DNA of 61,077 bases, filler included. It is 12 parts of 12 records of this genome, joined end to end, with 100 filler letters (N's around TTAATTAATTAA, not from the genome) between each part and the next. Parts side by side here need not be neighbours in the genome. Positions count along the whole stretch, not along the records: positions 29,812 to 35,363 come from SRR15195285_10080; positions 35,464 to 39,227 come from SRR15195285_10090; positions 39,328 to 43,811 come from SRR15195285_10097; positions 43,912 to 48,379 come from SRR15195285_10108; 8 more parts are not named here. The stretch is one strand, 5' to 3'. The position numbers were made by a program, and so were the translations under genes. Under the pieces are notes generated by a model. That model did not search any database, was not told the origin of the DNA, and was given only the letters and a program-made list of their open reading frames with translations. The first letter of the stretch is position 1. The number at the start of each line of letters is the position of its first letter. Positions 32,548 through 44,034 of this stretch are shown here, piece by piece.

Positions 32548-35152
32548 CTACTTGTCACGTCGGCGAATACGTGCCACGGCATAGACGTCTCCTGTTGTCC
32601 CCTCTCGAATGACGCAAGTCTCCAAGAGCTTGCCCAGTCTGGACTGTGTCTCAACCCCAGCTTTGTGTGTCAGCGATGCGCCTTCGCACACTCCTTCGCT
32701 GGCTGCCATGGTGTCCGTAGAGACTTGGCCAAGGCTGCCCAATCGTTCAAACCAGCGCTCGGTCGCAGGATCCCACACGTCAACTAACCCAGATGTACCA
32801 TCAGGTTGGTCACTCACCATCTTCAGCTCTTTCAGCATATTTTCTTGCATCGGCAAGATGGACAAAGGCTGAGACTGTACAACTGTCTCGTTCTTGATGA
32901 GCCCAAAGAACTTTGGGTCTATGCTGCAGTGCACGAAGAAGTCAGAGAAGCGAATTGTTCCTTCCTTGCGGGTGTCAATGGCATCGAACTTATCCTGAAG
33001 GTTGTCCTTGCCAAGTAAAATTGCGACCATCTCGCGCGAAAAGGCAGTATAGATTGCTAACTCGACATCGCGGAAATTCAACACTCCTTTGCGATTGACG
33101 TCCCATCTCTGAAATGCTGCAACTCGACGCCACAGTTTCTGCAGTGCTGTTGACGCTGCCGTTGTAGTCGTAAGCTTGTCGCCTTGCCTATCCTCTAAGG
33201 ATGATGGTGGTAGCACTGGTTGTTGCATGGCAAGCTTTGTCGCCAGCTCGTCAACATGCTCTTGGGTCATTCGGTAGCAGTCGTTAAGGTGGTTGAGCTC
33301 ACTCCGCTGCATGTAAGTCCTCACTGCCGGGAATGCCACTAGTGGCTCTAGCTCTGCAGGCCAGGATTGCACCCACGAGGCCGCCGCCTTGGCCTCGCGT
33401 TTGAGTGGTTCCAGTGCTGAGGATGTACGCCTTGGAGTATGGCCAGTCCCAGAAAGTCGTACGATACCTTGTGGTGGGGAGGGCTTACTATAGGTTGGCA
33501 GCCGTGAAAGCTTCTTTGCCCTGTCTGCCTCCGCCTGCGCAGCGGCTTCCTTCGCGGCTAGTGCTGCTAGTCTGTCCTCCTCTCGCTTGGCCACAGCTGC
33601 TGCGGCCTCCGCCGCCTGGCGCGCTGCTTCTTTTTTGGCGGCTATTTTGGCATCTCGAGCTTCTGCAGCCGCCGCACTCTCTTTTTCAATGTCCTCTGTT
33701 ACTCTACGCACGGCAGCAGCGGCCACTGCTATCGCATCATCCGTCGCCTGCGTGTGGGCTTGTAGTGCAATAGACTCTTTTTCATCTGCAGGGCGCTTGC
33801 TGCTTTGCACTCCAGCGTCCGCCACTGCTTCTTCGTTCCTGTCGTTGTTGACGGCATCTGGCCAAATCGTTTCTTTGCTGCCATCGGTGTGTGTGATTTG
33901 CTGCTGGCCATCTGGAAACTCCACCACCTTCTTCCCATCAGGATAAGATGTCTGCCGCTGCCCGTTGGGCAGGACTGTCTCGTGCGAACTGTCCGGCCAC
34001 GTAGTCTGACGTTGTCCGTCGGGGAACGCAACCCTTTTCTTACCATTTGGATATAGCGTTTGACGTGTTCCATTCGGGAGAATCGTCTCCTCCGTTCCGT
34101 CAACAAATACGATTTGGATCTGACCGTCTGCAAACACGGTGACTGAAGTACCGTCTGGCAAGGCTGCACGGTCGTGCTGGTTCGGAGTAATGCTGACCTC
34201 AGTACCGTCGGGCCATGTCACAAGCCGCATGCCCGATGGCGTCAGTGTTTCTGTTTTGCCTCCTTTCCACGATGTCTGCCGCTGACCATCATCAAACTCC
34301 GTCACTTTCTTTCCGTCCGGAAACGTCGTCTGTGTCTGCCCACTCGGCAGGACAACTTCTTCAGTTCCGTCTGGAAAATTTGTTTGGCGCCCCCCTCCCC
34401 CGCCGAATTCGATGATCTCTGTACCATCGGGTTTCACGGTCCGCTTTTGTCCACTAGGGAACTCCGTGATCTGAAGAAATGCACAGGTCGCCTTTAGCAA
34501 GCCACGTGCTGGCGTGCACACAATCGACAGGATAGGGTGGCACACCGATGTGTTGGCGTGATGGTAGATATGGGCACACGTAGCGCGCACCTCAGTCCCA
34601 TCGGGTTCAGAAAGCTGCCTCTGTCCGCTGCTCAAAATTGTCTCCTCCTTTCCCGACGGCCACTTGGTCTGTCGCTGGCCATCAGCCCATTCCGTACATC
34701 GCTTGCCATCTGGCCACACCATAGCTGCACAAGCAGGAAAGCGACACGCAGGCAAGCGCTTATCAGCCGTTGCGGTGTGGGTACGCAGGCATGGGAGGCG
34801 CTGACAACGAACAAGGCCGCGCGAGCGCACTCTTTTGGCCATCCGGATTGGTAGTTTCCTCCCGCCCATCTGGCCACACGATGACTCGGATCCCGCTCGG
34901 GTTTACAGTCTGTGTCTTCCCCGAAGGCCACGTCGATTTACGCTGTCCCGAGGCCATTGCAGTCTCAGTCCTGCCGTCTGGCCAGACCATGCGAATCTGC
35001 CCGTTTGGGAAACTGGTCTCCTCACGACCATCCAGCCATGTCGTTTGCGATACCCCATCTGGGAACTTGACTACGCGCCGCCCGTCCTCGTAGACAGTGC
35101 TCACCTGGCCATCACTGGTCGATGTCTGGTTAAGCACGTTGTTGGGGTCCAT
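32548..35152 (-). CDS. Protein with extended PDG/PSG/PNG beta-repeats (TCP10/CENPJ G-box-like), coiled coil and EF-hand pair; multi-exon, possibly 5'-partial
   Basis: About 9-aa repeats (VVKFPDG, QTTWLDG, ETSFPNG, ETILPNG) continue across ORFs 34763-35164 and 32548-34869 with intron-like interruptions; EF-like DVNRKGVLNFRD and DTRKEGTIRFSD. Confidence 0.7.
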
Positions 35153-35731
35153 TGCCCACTGCAACCGGCGAGAGGCGCGACGCCTCGGCGACGGAGACCG
35201 TTCCGCTGCCGGGTCGACCTACAAGGCCCCCATCCCCAATCTTTCTGCCCAGGATCTGTAGCACCGCAGGCCAGCTGCACGTGGTCTATAGAACCCCACA
35301 GTCTCAACAGCGAGGGGGCTCCGACGGAACAACGCCAGAACCACTCCCGACTCCGCTCCGTCTNNNNNNNNNNNNNNNNNNNNNNNNNNNNNNNNNNNNN
35401 NNNNNNNTTAATTAATTAANNNNNNNNNNNNNNNNNNNNNNNNNNNNNNNNNNNNNNNNNNNNGTGGAGTACATAGAACTCACTGATCAATGCGGCAGAC
35501 TCCCGAGCCGCTGGTTGTTTTGCACACCACCCAGACTCACGAACAGCTGTTTACGCTACTAAATCAAAATAGCAGCACACCGGCGCTTGATTATGATTTT
35601 TGCGTGCGAACGAGAATCGACCTGCAACGCTCCGCGGTCGGTCGCACCGCCACCGGTCGTCAGGAGGTGCACCGCGCGTGGCGCTTCCGGCTGCTGGCTG
35701 CCCGAGGCTGGCTGCAGGGCAGGAAGTGTCG

Positions 35732-37934
35732 ATGTCGGCGAGCTGGGGCGCGCCGTCGCGCCCGCCGACGTTGGAGCGGGCGGAGGGGATGTTGAAGGAG
35801 CGTGCGCGTGAGAAGCTGCTCTCGCACGCAGGGACGATTCGCGGTTCGATGATGGACGCGGCCGACTCGCACGGCCAGATGCGGGCCGATGACGTCGCAG
35901 CGTGCCTGAGCTCGCTGGGCTTGGATGCGCAGCGCCCACCAATTGCGACGATTGTTGATGCACACACGACTGCGCGCGGGCTCGTGAGCTGCCGGCCCCT
36001 GCTCGACGAGATTCTTGGCGCTCCGATACAACCAGCTCCTCGTGCTACGAGACAGCCGCCGCGAGAGGCGCCGGAGCTAGCTCAGACAGCGCCGGCACCA
36101 CAGCCACGCGCACGCCAGCTCAGAGGACAAACACCACAGGAGACCTACAGGTATACCGGGCGTCAGGATCGAGGCGGGTTTTCCGCGTCACCGCTGCAGC
36201 GGCTGCGGCAAAAGTGGCGAGCTGCGGCGTACCAGAACGGCCGGATGGACATCGCAAGGCTGTTCCGGTACTACGACCGAGATAACAGCGGCGAGCTCGA
36301 TTTTAACGAGTTCAGGATAGCCGCCCGTAAGGATGCAAAACTCACAAAACAGGAGGTGTCTGACGCGGGTCTTCGAAAGCTGTTCGACCGCGTAGACATA
36401 GACAAGGGCGGTACAATTGGGCTAAACGAGTTTCAGCAGCTGCTCGAGGGCGACATGTCACCGCGCGAGGAAGCGCGCGGCACAGACCCAAAAGCAGGGT
36501 CAGCTCAGGCTGAAGCAAGTCAACATGGAAAAGGTTCGAGCGGTGGGAGTTCTGCCGCCAAAAGGCAAAGGCAGCCGTCTGCAGGTCTGCAGGTGCTGGT
36601 GCGACTACGGAATTTTCCCACCGAGCGAGTGCTCAAGGCACTGCGTAAATTTGACCCAGACGAGACGGGTGAAGTGCCAGTGGAAGCCTTTGTGTCGGTC
36701 TGCAAGACTGTGGGCCTTTCGACGGACCAGATTAGCGTGCTTCTCAAAGAGTACCCCCGTACTGAGCTCAGTAGTGGGCGCGGCAGAACTGTCAAGTACC
36801 AGGAATTCATCCAGCACCTGATCACACCGCTGGGAGAAGTTCAAGCACAAGAGCAGCTGCAGACGATGCTCAAGCTCGCCCAGCAGCCTCCGTACGCTCT
36901 ACCCCCACCCTCAGGCTCACTGTCAAGCGAGCAAGGCGACAGAGAGCCGGAGCGCGCGCCGTCAGTGTCAACCGCGGGAGCTACAATGGCGGAGTCGGAG
37001 AATTCTCGGAGACTCCTGGAACAGATACACGGGCTGAGCGAGGATGAGAGAACGTTATCTCTGGAGCTGTGGAAAAGGTGTGAGGAGCTGGAGCAGGAGG
37101 TCAAAGCATCTCGGCGGCAGCTGGCCGAGGGCGGGGAGGATATGGTTGCCGAGAGCCAGCAGCTGATGCGTCAGATGCGTGAGTATCAGCAGCAATGCAA
37201 ACGGGAGACCGGAGAGAGTCTCACCATGGTGGTGGAGTCTCGGCGGATGCTATCGCTTGTGACCAAAGAGAAGGAGCAGGTCAGCCAAGAACGTGATGCT
37301 CTCGCAACGGAGCTCGCCGACCTCAAGCTGCAGTTGGCCAAGGCCACGGTGCGCATGAGAGAGCGTCCCTGCTTTTCAGTTGCTATGCCCGTAGCTCTAG
37401 CTCGCGAGGAGAGTACGCGAGTATGCGACCCGAGGCGGTGCGCCATCGCAGACATGTAATCTCTCTGTGCCATGCTGTGTCATGTTCGCTGCCGCGCAGG
37501 ACGGTGTGAGTCTGACGAGCGCCAAGGCGAACCAGGCGGAGCTAAGCACCGTGCAGCTGCGCGGGGAGCTCGCAAACGCGCGATCAGAGGCTGGCTACAT
37601 GAAAAACAGAGTGCGCGAGCTGGACGACGAGCTGGCCGCAGCAAGCTTCCATCTGGCGAGCGTCCAGGACGAAAACGCGACGCTACTCGAGGAGTGCGAA
37701 AGGCTGCGAGCCGCGAACAAAGCTGCCCGGGTGGACGCGGGGAGATCGGTAGCGACTGAGCGGACCCTGCAGGACGCGGCGCGACGGGCGTGGGAGGACC
37801 ACGCCGCCGATGGCCCGCCGGCGCCGGCCACCCTCGACAATGGCAAGAGCCGGCGCCGCAGTCACGGGCGGGCAGACGACAGGCGGTACCTCCACGAGCA
37901 ACCGCGGCACCTCCACGAGCCCCCGCAGCGGTAG
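35732..37934 (+). CDS. EF-hand and coiled-coil protein; intron 37349-37499
   Basis: EF loops DRDNSGELDFNE, DIDKGGTIGLNE, DPDETGEVPVEA; E/Q/R-rich tail; phase-0 GTGCGC...CAG intron joins the two ORFs in frame. Confidence 0.78.
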
Positions 37935-38110
37935 CAGAGATGTCGCGGCGCGAGTGGCCGTGATAATTTCAGCGTGCCTCCTGCTCGACACACAGAATTT
38001 GTTTTTCTGCCACACACGCGTCCCGACCCCGGCCTGACGATTTCGAGCGTTCGGCTCCCGCCCGCAGCCGCTCGCGCCACGGAGCCCAGGCCCCGCTCTC
38101 CCCGGTCGGC

Positions 38111-38608
38111 TTAGTGGTGACCGTCCTTCCCGTGGGCATCCTTTCCGTGGTCCCCGTGGCCATGGTCCCCGTGGCCGTGGTCCCCGTGGCCGTGGCCGCC
38201 CCCAAACTCCGGGATGACCGTGTCCGCAACTACGTACGCGGCAAAGATGCACGCGGCGGTGCCGAGCCCGGGGAACTGCCGCCAGACGTTGTTCTTCAGC
38301 AGCATATCCGGGTGTGTCCGCCTGCATTCGCGCATCAGCAGCGGGGCGTACGGTAAGTTGGCTGTGCGGCGAACGGCGAGCGACGACCTGAGCACGCGGG
38401 CAAGCATGCGACGGATAACGCGCCCGGCTACTCCCTCCGCCCTCCCTACCTCCCTCCCTCGCAGCCGGGCGCGCAACGCCCCTCCATCCCGGAATGTGCG
38501 CAGAGGGGTCTTTGCCACCAAGGGCAGGAGACAGACAGCCCACACCCCAGGGCCCCCGTCCACTACTCCGTACAGCCACGCGTTCTCCTTTTGTGGCCCC
38601 CCTCCCAT
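38111..38608 (-). CDS. NDUFB3: Mitochondrial complex I subunit B12 (NDUFB3)-like with His-rich tail; intron 38573-38322
   Basis: Spliced product ENAWLRTHPDMLLKNNVWRQFPGLGTAACIFAAYVVAD fits the W-x-x-HP...PG-x-G-x-A-x-x-F-x-x-Y pattern of NDUFB3. An extra upstream exon is possible. Confidence 0.72.
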   Translation of the reverse strand: MGGGPQKENAWLYGVVDGGPGVWAVCLLPLVAKTPLRTFRDGGALRARLRGREVGRAEGVAGRVIRRMLARVLRSSLAVRRTANLPYAPLLMRECRRTHPDMLLKNNVWRQFPGLGTAACIFAAYVVADTVIPEFGGGHGHGDHGHGDHGHGDHGKDAHGKDGHH

Positions 38609-39817
38609 ATAATTGCCTGTGCCCCGCCCCGCCCCGCCCCGAGCTCATCGTGCCCCAGTAGCTGCTCGAACGGCACGGCGCAGCCGCCTCCGTTCCGACA
38701 CGCAAGACTGCGCCTTGACCCTCCCTCCTGCACACACGACCGCCCTCCCCCGCCCCCCCCCCCTCCGCCCCCACCCGTATATCCCCCCACACACTCACCC
38801 CCACGCAACTGCTACAGCTGCCCCCGCCCCCTTGCTCCTTCCCGCAAGAATGTGAGCGCCGCCGCCATCCAGCCCCACCTTCCGTAACACCACGAAAAAA
38901 GCGCTGCTGGCCAGCGGCGCGCAGCTCAATCCCCCCCGTCGGTGCCCTCCCCCCTGCCAGTCTCCCAGTGCTAGTACTACGTGCGCATATAGCGGCTAAC
39001 GGGGGTGGGGGGTGAGATAGTGTCGTCTCACCAGAGGTTCGCCGTCCGCATCTGGAGCACCATCTTGGCCGCCCCCCCCGCCTCTCCTCCTGTCCCTCAC
39101 AGCCCGCTCGATTCTCAGTGAGAATCCGACACCCTGCTGGCTCAGCGACTTTGTAGCCTTCATGAGGATGCCACAGAATGGTAGTGTTTTCCAGTGAAAA
39201 CTGCACAAATGTTGAATAGAAAATGGCNNNNNNNNNNNNNNNNNNNNNNNNNNNNNNNNNNNNNNNNNNNNTTAATTAATTAANNNNNNNNNNNNNNNNN
39301 NNNNNNNNNNNNNNNNNNNNNNNNNNNTGTCTCATCAGCCCCGGTCCCGTTCTACTGTACACTGTGCTGAAACACATGCTGAAAAACAAAATGGGCGGTT
39401 CGTGTTAACTGTTGTTCGAGTTGTACAGATTTGGGTACCGGCGGTACCCAGGTCGGAATACCGTGCACGGCTGGTCGCTCTGCATCTGGCAAGGCAGTGC
39501 CTCTCCCCAGGGAGCCGACGGCCGCTGTCGCACCAGAGCTACGGTAGCTCCAGTGGATGACGGATCGCCCGTGTCGCCCGCCGACGTCTGTGTCGCCCGC
39601 CTTTGGGCGCCCAGTGTTAGGTCGTCCCAATGGGCGATTTCCTGGCCGCTGCGACACCAGTGCAGGTCGCGGGCAGAGGCCAGGCGGACAGGTCTGGCCA
39701 GATCGGCGGCCGCTGGCTGACAGATGCGGACGGCCGGGCAGATCGACTGTCTCTGCCGGCGCTGTCGAGGGAGCTGCTGCCTCCAGCGAGCCCGTGCCTG
39801 ATCGCAAGGGGTTGGCG

Positions 39818-41891
39818 ATGGAAGCGGCGCGGCCCGGCGTGGTCAACATCGTTGTATTGTTGGGCGCCCGTCCCAAGGTCTCGGAGATACTGGACGGAGG
39901 GTTACCACGCTAGTTGATCAACGTCAGCGGCAAATGCGTGCTGCACTGGCTGCTCGAGGCACTGCAGACAAAGCGGATGACCGCATCTACATTGTGCACC
40001 ATGCGGAGATTGCTAAGTGCGAGGCGTTCAAGACAGCGCTGACATCCTGCCGGATGCGCAGCGACGTGCGGGAGGTCCCGCTCTTCGTGGACACACGCGG
40101 CGCGGTAGAAACAGCCCTATCACTGCTGCAGTGTATGGAAGACGCTGAGCTCGCGCGCCCGCTACTCACGGTGGAAGGCAACACATTTTACGAGGAGGAT
40201 ATCGTGACGCAGTTCAGAGAGTACAGCTGCAACTGTACATTCTACGCAGAGCAGCCCGAAGACGACAAGGCGCCAGCGTTCTCGTACATCGACTTCGAAC
40301 GTGATGCCGCGGGCGGGCATAAGATCGTTACGCGCATCGAAGAGAAGGAGCGAATTTTGAAGCACGCGAACACTGGAGCCTACGGGTTCGGAAGTGGGAG
40401 CGAGTTGCTCCGATACTGCCGACGAGTGATCGACACAGATTCCGTTTTGTCGACGGTCGGCCACCAATTCTGGATGAGCTGCGTGTACGAGCTTATGCTG
40501 CAGGACGGAGTGCAAGTTTTGGCGGCCGAAGTGTTGAAGTATCAGAAGATCAGAGACCCGATGAGGCTCGGGACCTTCTATGCGAAGTTCGTGCTGGGAT
40601 CCAAAGAGATACTGCGGATTTGCTTCGACCTGGACGGCACGCTCGTGACTGATCCGCTGCAGCCTGGGGACTTCACGACGGTGAAGCCTCTGCCCGACAA
40701 CATCGGTATCTGCAGGCAGCTAAAGGAACAGGGGCACGTCATCATCATCCACACAGGTCGTGCGATGGGCATTCATAGGGACAATGTTGGGATGGTCTTG
40801 AAGGACATAGCAAAGTTGACCTTCGACCAGTTGGACGAGTTTGGGATTCCCTACGACGAGATACATTTTGGCAAACCCCACGCGGACGTCTACATCGACG
40901 GGAAGTCGGTCAATCCGACAACAGAGTTCGCGGAGACGCTCGGGAACTTGGTCGAGTCCGAGGAGGCGCAGCAGCCCAGAAGCGCGCCAGGCTCACCCAG
41001 CAGCAGAAAGGCCGACGACACCGACAATGACCCGTCGCAGTACGAGATGGTTGAGGCACGGCACTTCAACTCGCTGCAGTTTCGACCGGGCTCCGTCTGC
41101 AAGTACTCACCTTACTACGTCCTGGACGGAGAAGCTTACTGGTACCAGAACGCACCGCTAGCAGCACAGAAGTTCATCCCGGCACTGGTTACGTTAAAGA
41201 TTCAGCCTGACACCACATGCTTCATCGAGCTTGAGCGGCTCAAGGGCCCGACTCTCTGCCACCTCTACACCAACTGCTGTATGACCCCAAACACACTTCG
41301 CGAACACTTTCAGACACTGGACGCAATCCATGAATGCGACGCCGACGAAGATTTCGCCATCGACATCTTGCAAAACTACATCCCGAAGATCCACTCGCGC
41401 TGCAAAACTTCGCGTGAAACTTATGAGTCGTGCTGTGAAGGCTGGGAGGCTGTGCGAGACACGATTGTGCAGTGCCTTGAGGTGTATGCTGCATCAGGCT
41501 TGGCCAAAGAGGGGGTGATTCATGGCGATCCGGTGTTTTCCAATGTGATCGCAACACAATCCGATGGACTGAAGCTGGTGGATATGCGGGGAAAGCAAGG
41601 CGACGTTTTGACACTGCGCGGAGACGCCATGTATGACTATGCGAAAGTGTACCAGTCTGTGTGTGGGTACGACTTCGTCCTACTGGATCGGCCGCGCTGC
41701 AACGCGTACATCGACGCCATGCGCTCTGTCGCGGACCACGAGATGTCTGAGCGACTGGGCGCAGAGGGCCTGCGATTCTTGCGGATTGTCACTGCGAGCT
41801 TGTACTTTCGCTCATACCGCTGCACGAGGAGCCAGCAAAGATGACAAAGTACTTTGAGCTGGTCAAGGACGTGCTGCGCCTTGCTACGTAG
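39818..41891 (+). pseudogene. Disrupted tri-domain gene: sugar nucleotidyltransferase-like + HAD phosphatase (EcbF/BcbF-like) + APH/choline-kinase-like domain
   Basis: LINVSGKCVLHWLLE, VTRIEEK...ANTGAYGF; RICFDLDGTL, IIIHTGR, IPYDEIHFGKP; IHGDPVFSN...LVDMRG...YDYAK. In-frame TAG at 39911 and 1-nt deletions near 39971 and 41807. Could be assembly error. Confidence 0.7.
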
Positions 41892-43152
41892 GTATTGGCC
41901 AGATGTGAATGAGATGCCTTCATAAGTCGGGTAATCACACACGCACGCGCGCGCAGAGCGGTATAGCAGTCAGGGTTGACACCGGGCATTATGCCCGGTG
42001 TCATTGTCGAACGCTTTGTCGCGATCACAGAGGTATAGCATCGATCTCGTCGATCTCGTCTGCGTAGTCAGACGCGGCGATAGTTGCCACTATGCTAAAG
42101 GTACCACCGCCAATGCCCCACTGCTTCGTCGTGCCAGGCAGGAGAGGGCAGCTGTCCTTTGGATATCAACTGCGCCGGTCTCTACGAGCCCTGCGTGAGT
42201 TATTATCATGGTTTGGCAGCTGTCACAGCCCACAGAAGGGGTCGATGTTGTTGCAGACGGGCACTCACGGGCATGAGCGGCCTGATAGAGGTTGGCCTGT
42301 TCTGAGGAAAAGTAGAAGGAAGGAAAAGTAGAAGGAAGAGGAGAGAGAGGAAAGGGTGGCAGAAACTGAGATGGGATTCTGGGTGGTGGCGGCGCGGCAG
42401 AAGGATGGAAACACTGTCGTTTTCCAGGCAAATGAGGCAAACGAGCCCAAATAACCAGGACCTTTGTATGTTGAAGTGCATCATTCTTGAGCCAGCAATA
42501 GGTTTACATGTATGTACGTTTTAGTGAGCTTGCCGTTATCGAAGACCGTGCGAAAGTCGTGATTACTCGTCTGTGCGCCGAACTCATCGCATGAGCTTCA
42601 AACCACTCTGATCGTCGCAAATAAGTGGACCGAAGACAGAATAGTCTTGCGATGTGAATGCTGACCAACGCTTCTCTCAGATAAGGATCACTGAAATTGC
42701 CATGTTCCCGTTCTAGTTCATCGAGACTGTCGCGAATAGCCTCTGCTTGTCGGATCATTTGTACAATTTCCTGTGCGCCTTCCTCGTCTTCTTCAAAATA
42801 GGCATCGACCATGCCACTAATCGCCTGTCCTTCACCCGACATAACAGTGACTGTTTGCGAACGTTTTTTACCCTGTACAGCTCGTTGCTGTCGTCGAGCT
42901 GTCTCGGCCCGATCGCGTTGTCGTTCCTCTCGCTTCCGCCTGATGTTTGCCACGGAGCTCAGTCCGTTCAGATCTTCTCGAAATGTTGCTGAATCCATCT
43001 TTGTTTTTTGTATGTCATATTTTTTGTCTTAGTTGAGAACGTCGTGGTAAAATGGCGTATCGAAACCAATCATCACGGTATTTCGGCCGGAGGTCCGTAA
43101 CGGGGTCGTTGTGTTGATCCACGAGATGTAAGAGTTACACAGTTGCGGCGGT

Positions 43153-43686
43153 GTGGTTTGTCATGGCACTAACCACTACTCAACACTGTACAGGGAATGG
43201 AGTCCTAAGGCCAGTCTCATCGGGAGGACGTCAGATCAGGCTGCCGGAGCAGACTTCGATGGTACGTTGAGTGGGTGGCGCAAATCTATCGTTCAATCTG
43301 TTGATTTGGCTGCGGTAGTTCGGCGGCAGAAGGTATCAAAGATTGATATCTTGAAGATTGACTGTGAAGGCTGTGAGTATGCAGCACTACCGCATCTCGA
43401 AGCAGCAGGAGTGCTTGACATAGTGCAAGTTGGCACTGGTGAGATTCACCCCAGGTGTGCATTGGACAAGAAGTGCAGCGCGGTATCCATCTCAGATTTG
43501 GACCTTATCACGAGCATTAGCTGCAGCCGGTTCAACTGGCCTGTGCCGTGGGGCAAATGTTGCCCTGGCATGGTCAACAAGGCATCAGACCACGAGCATC
43601 ACCTATGCTCCGATCTACCATGTATCCATTCGCAATGTCTGTCCTTGATACACGACGGGCACTTCAAAGGCCTGAGCACTGTATAA
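43153..43686 (+). CDS. FkbM-like methyltransferase C-terminal fragment (partial or degraded)
   Basis: KIDILKIDCEGCEYAAL...GEIH; no clean upstream SAM-binding exon found. Confidence 0.5.
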   Translation: MVCHGTNHYSTLYREWSPKASLIGRTSDQAAGADFDGTLSGWRKSIVQSVDLAAVVRRQKVSKIDILKIDCEGCEYAALPHLEAAGVLDIVQVGTGEIHPRCALDKKCSAVSISDLDLITSISCSRFNWPVPWGKCCPGMVNKASDHEHHLCSDLPCIHSQCLSLIHDGHFKGLSTV

Positions 43687-44034
43687 GAACACAAACGGAC
43701 AACTTAGACGCTGGTCAGTTGTCACAAAGCGCTCCCGTTTGTTACGCCACGAAGCTAATAATCGTCAGCCCGCCACATTTCGGGTTGCACCCACAGAGTT
43801 TTGTCGATATANNNNNNNNNNNNNNNNNNNNNNNNNNNNNNNNNNNNNNNNNNNNTTAATTAATTAANNNNNNNNNNNNNNNNNNNNNNNNNNNNNNNNN
43901 NNNNNNNNNNNAGAGAGACAGCCAGACAGGCAGGCAGGCAGACAGACAGACAGATGGATCAGAGCGAGTGCGCTGTGGCTATCTGTGCGCGCGCGTGGCT
44001 TGACGGGCGCCTGCGGCGCTGCGTGCGCGGGCAG

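Noticed and set aside
37683-39206. 507-aa minus-strand ORF
   Set aside because: It is a Gly/Arg-rich shadow ORF in GC-rich DNA that overlaps NDUFB3 and the EF-hand gene, with no motifs.
39911-39913. Stop-codon reassignment (TAG as sense)
   Set aside because: TAG ends several intact genes here (6769, 27485, 54764), and the same gene also has frameshifts.
42504-42998. 164-aa charged ORF as a gene or transposon fragment
   Set aside because: No diagnostic motif or terminal repeats; left unannotated.
43912-43955. Simple repeats (GACA/GGCA here; ACCAGCTGC x3 at 18372; 18-bp duplication near 60982; EPEPEP codons)
   Set aside because: These are ordinary microsatellite or slippage repeats.
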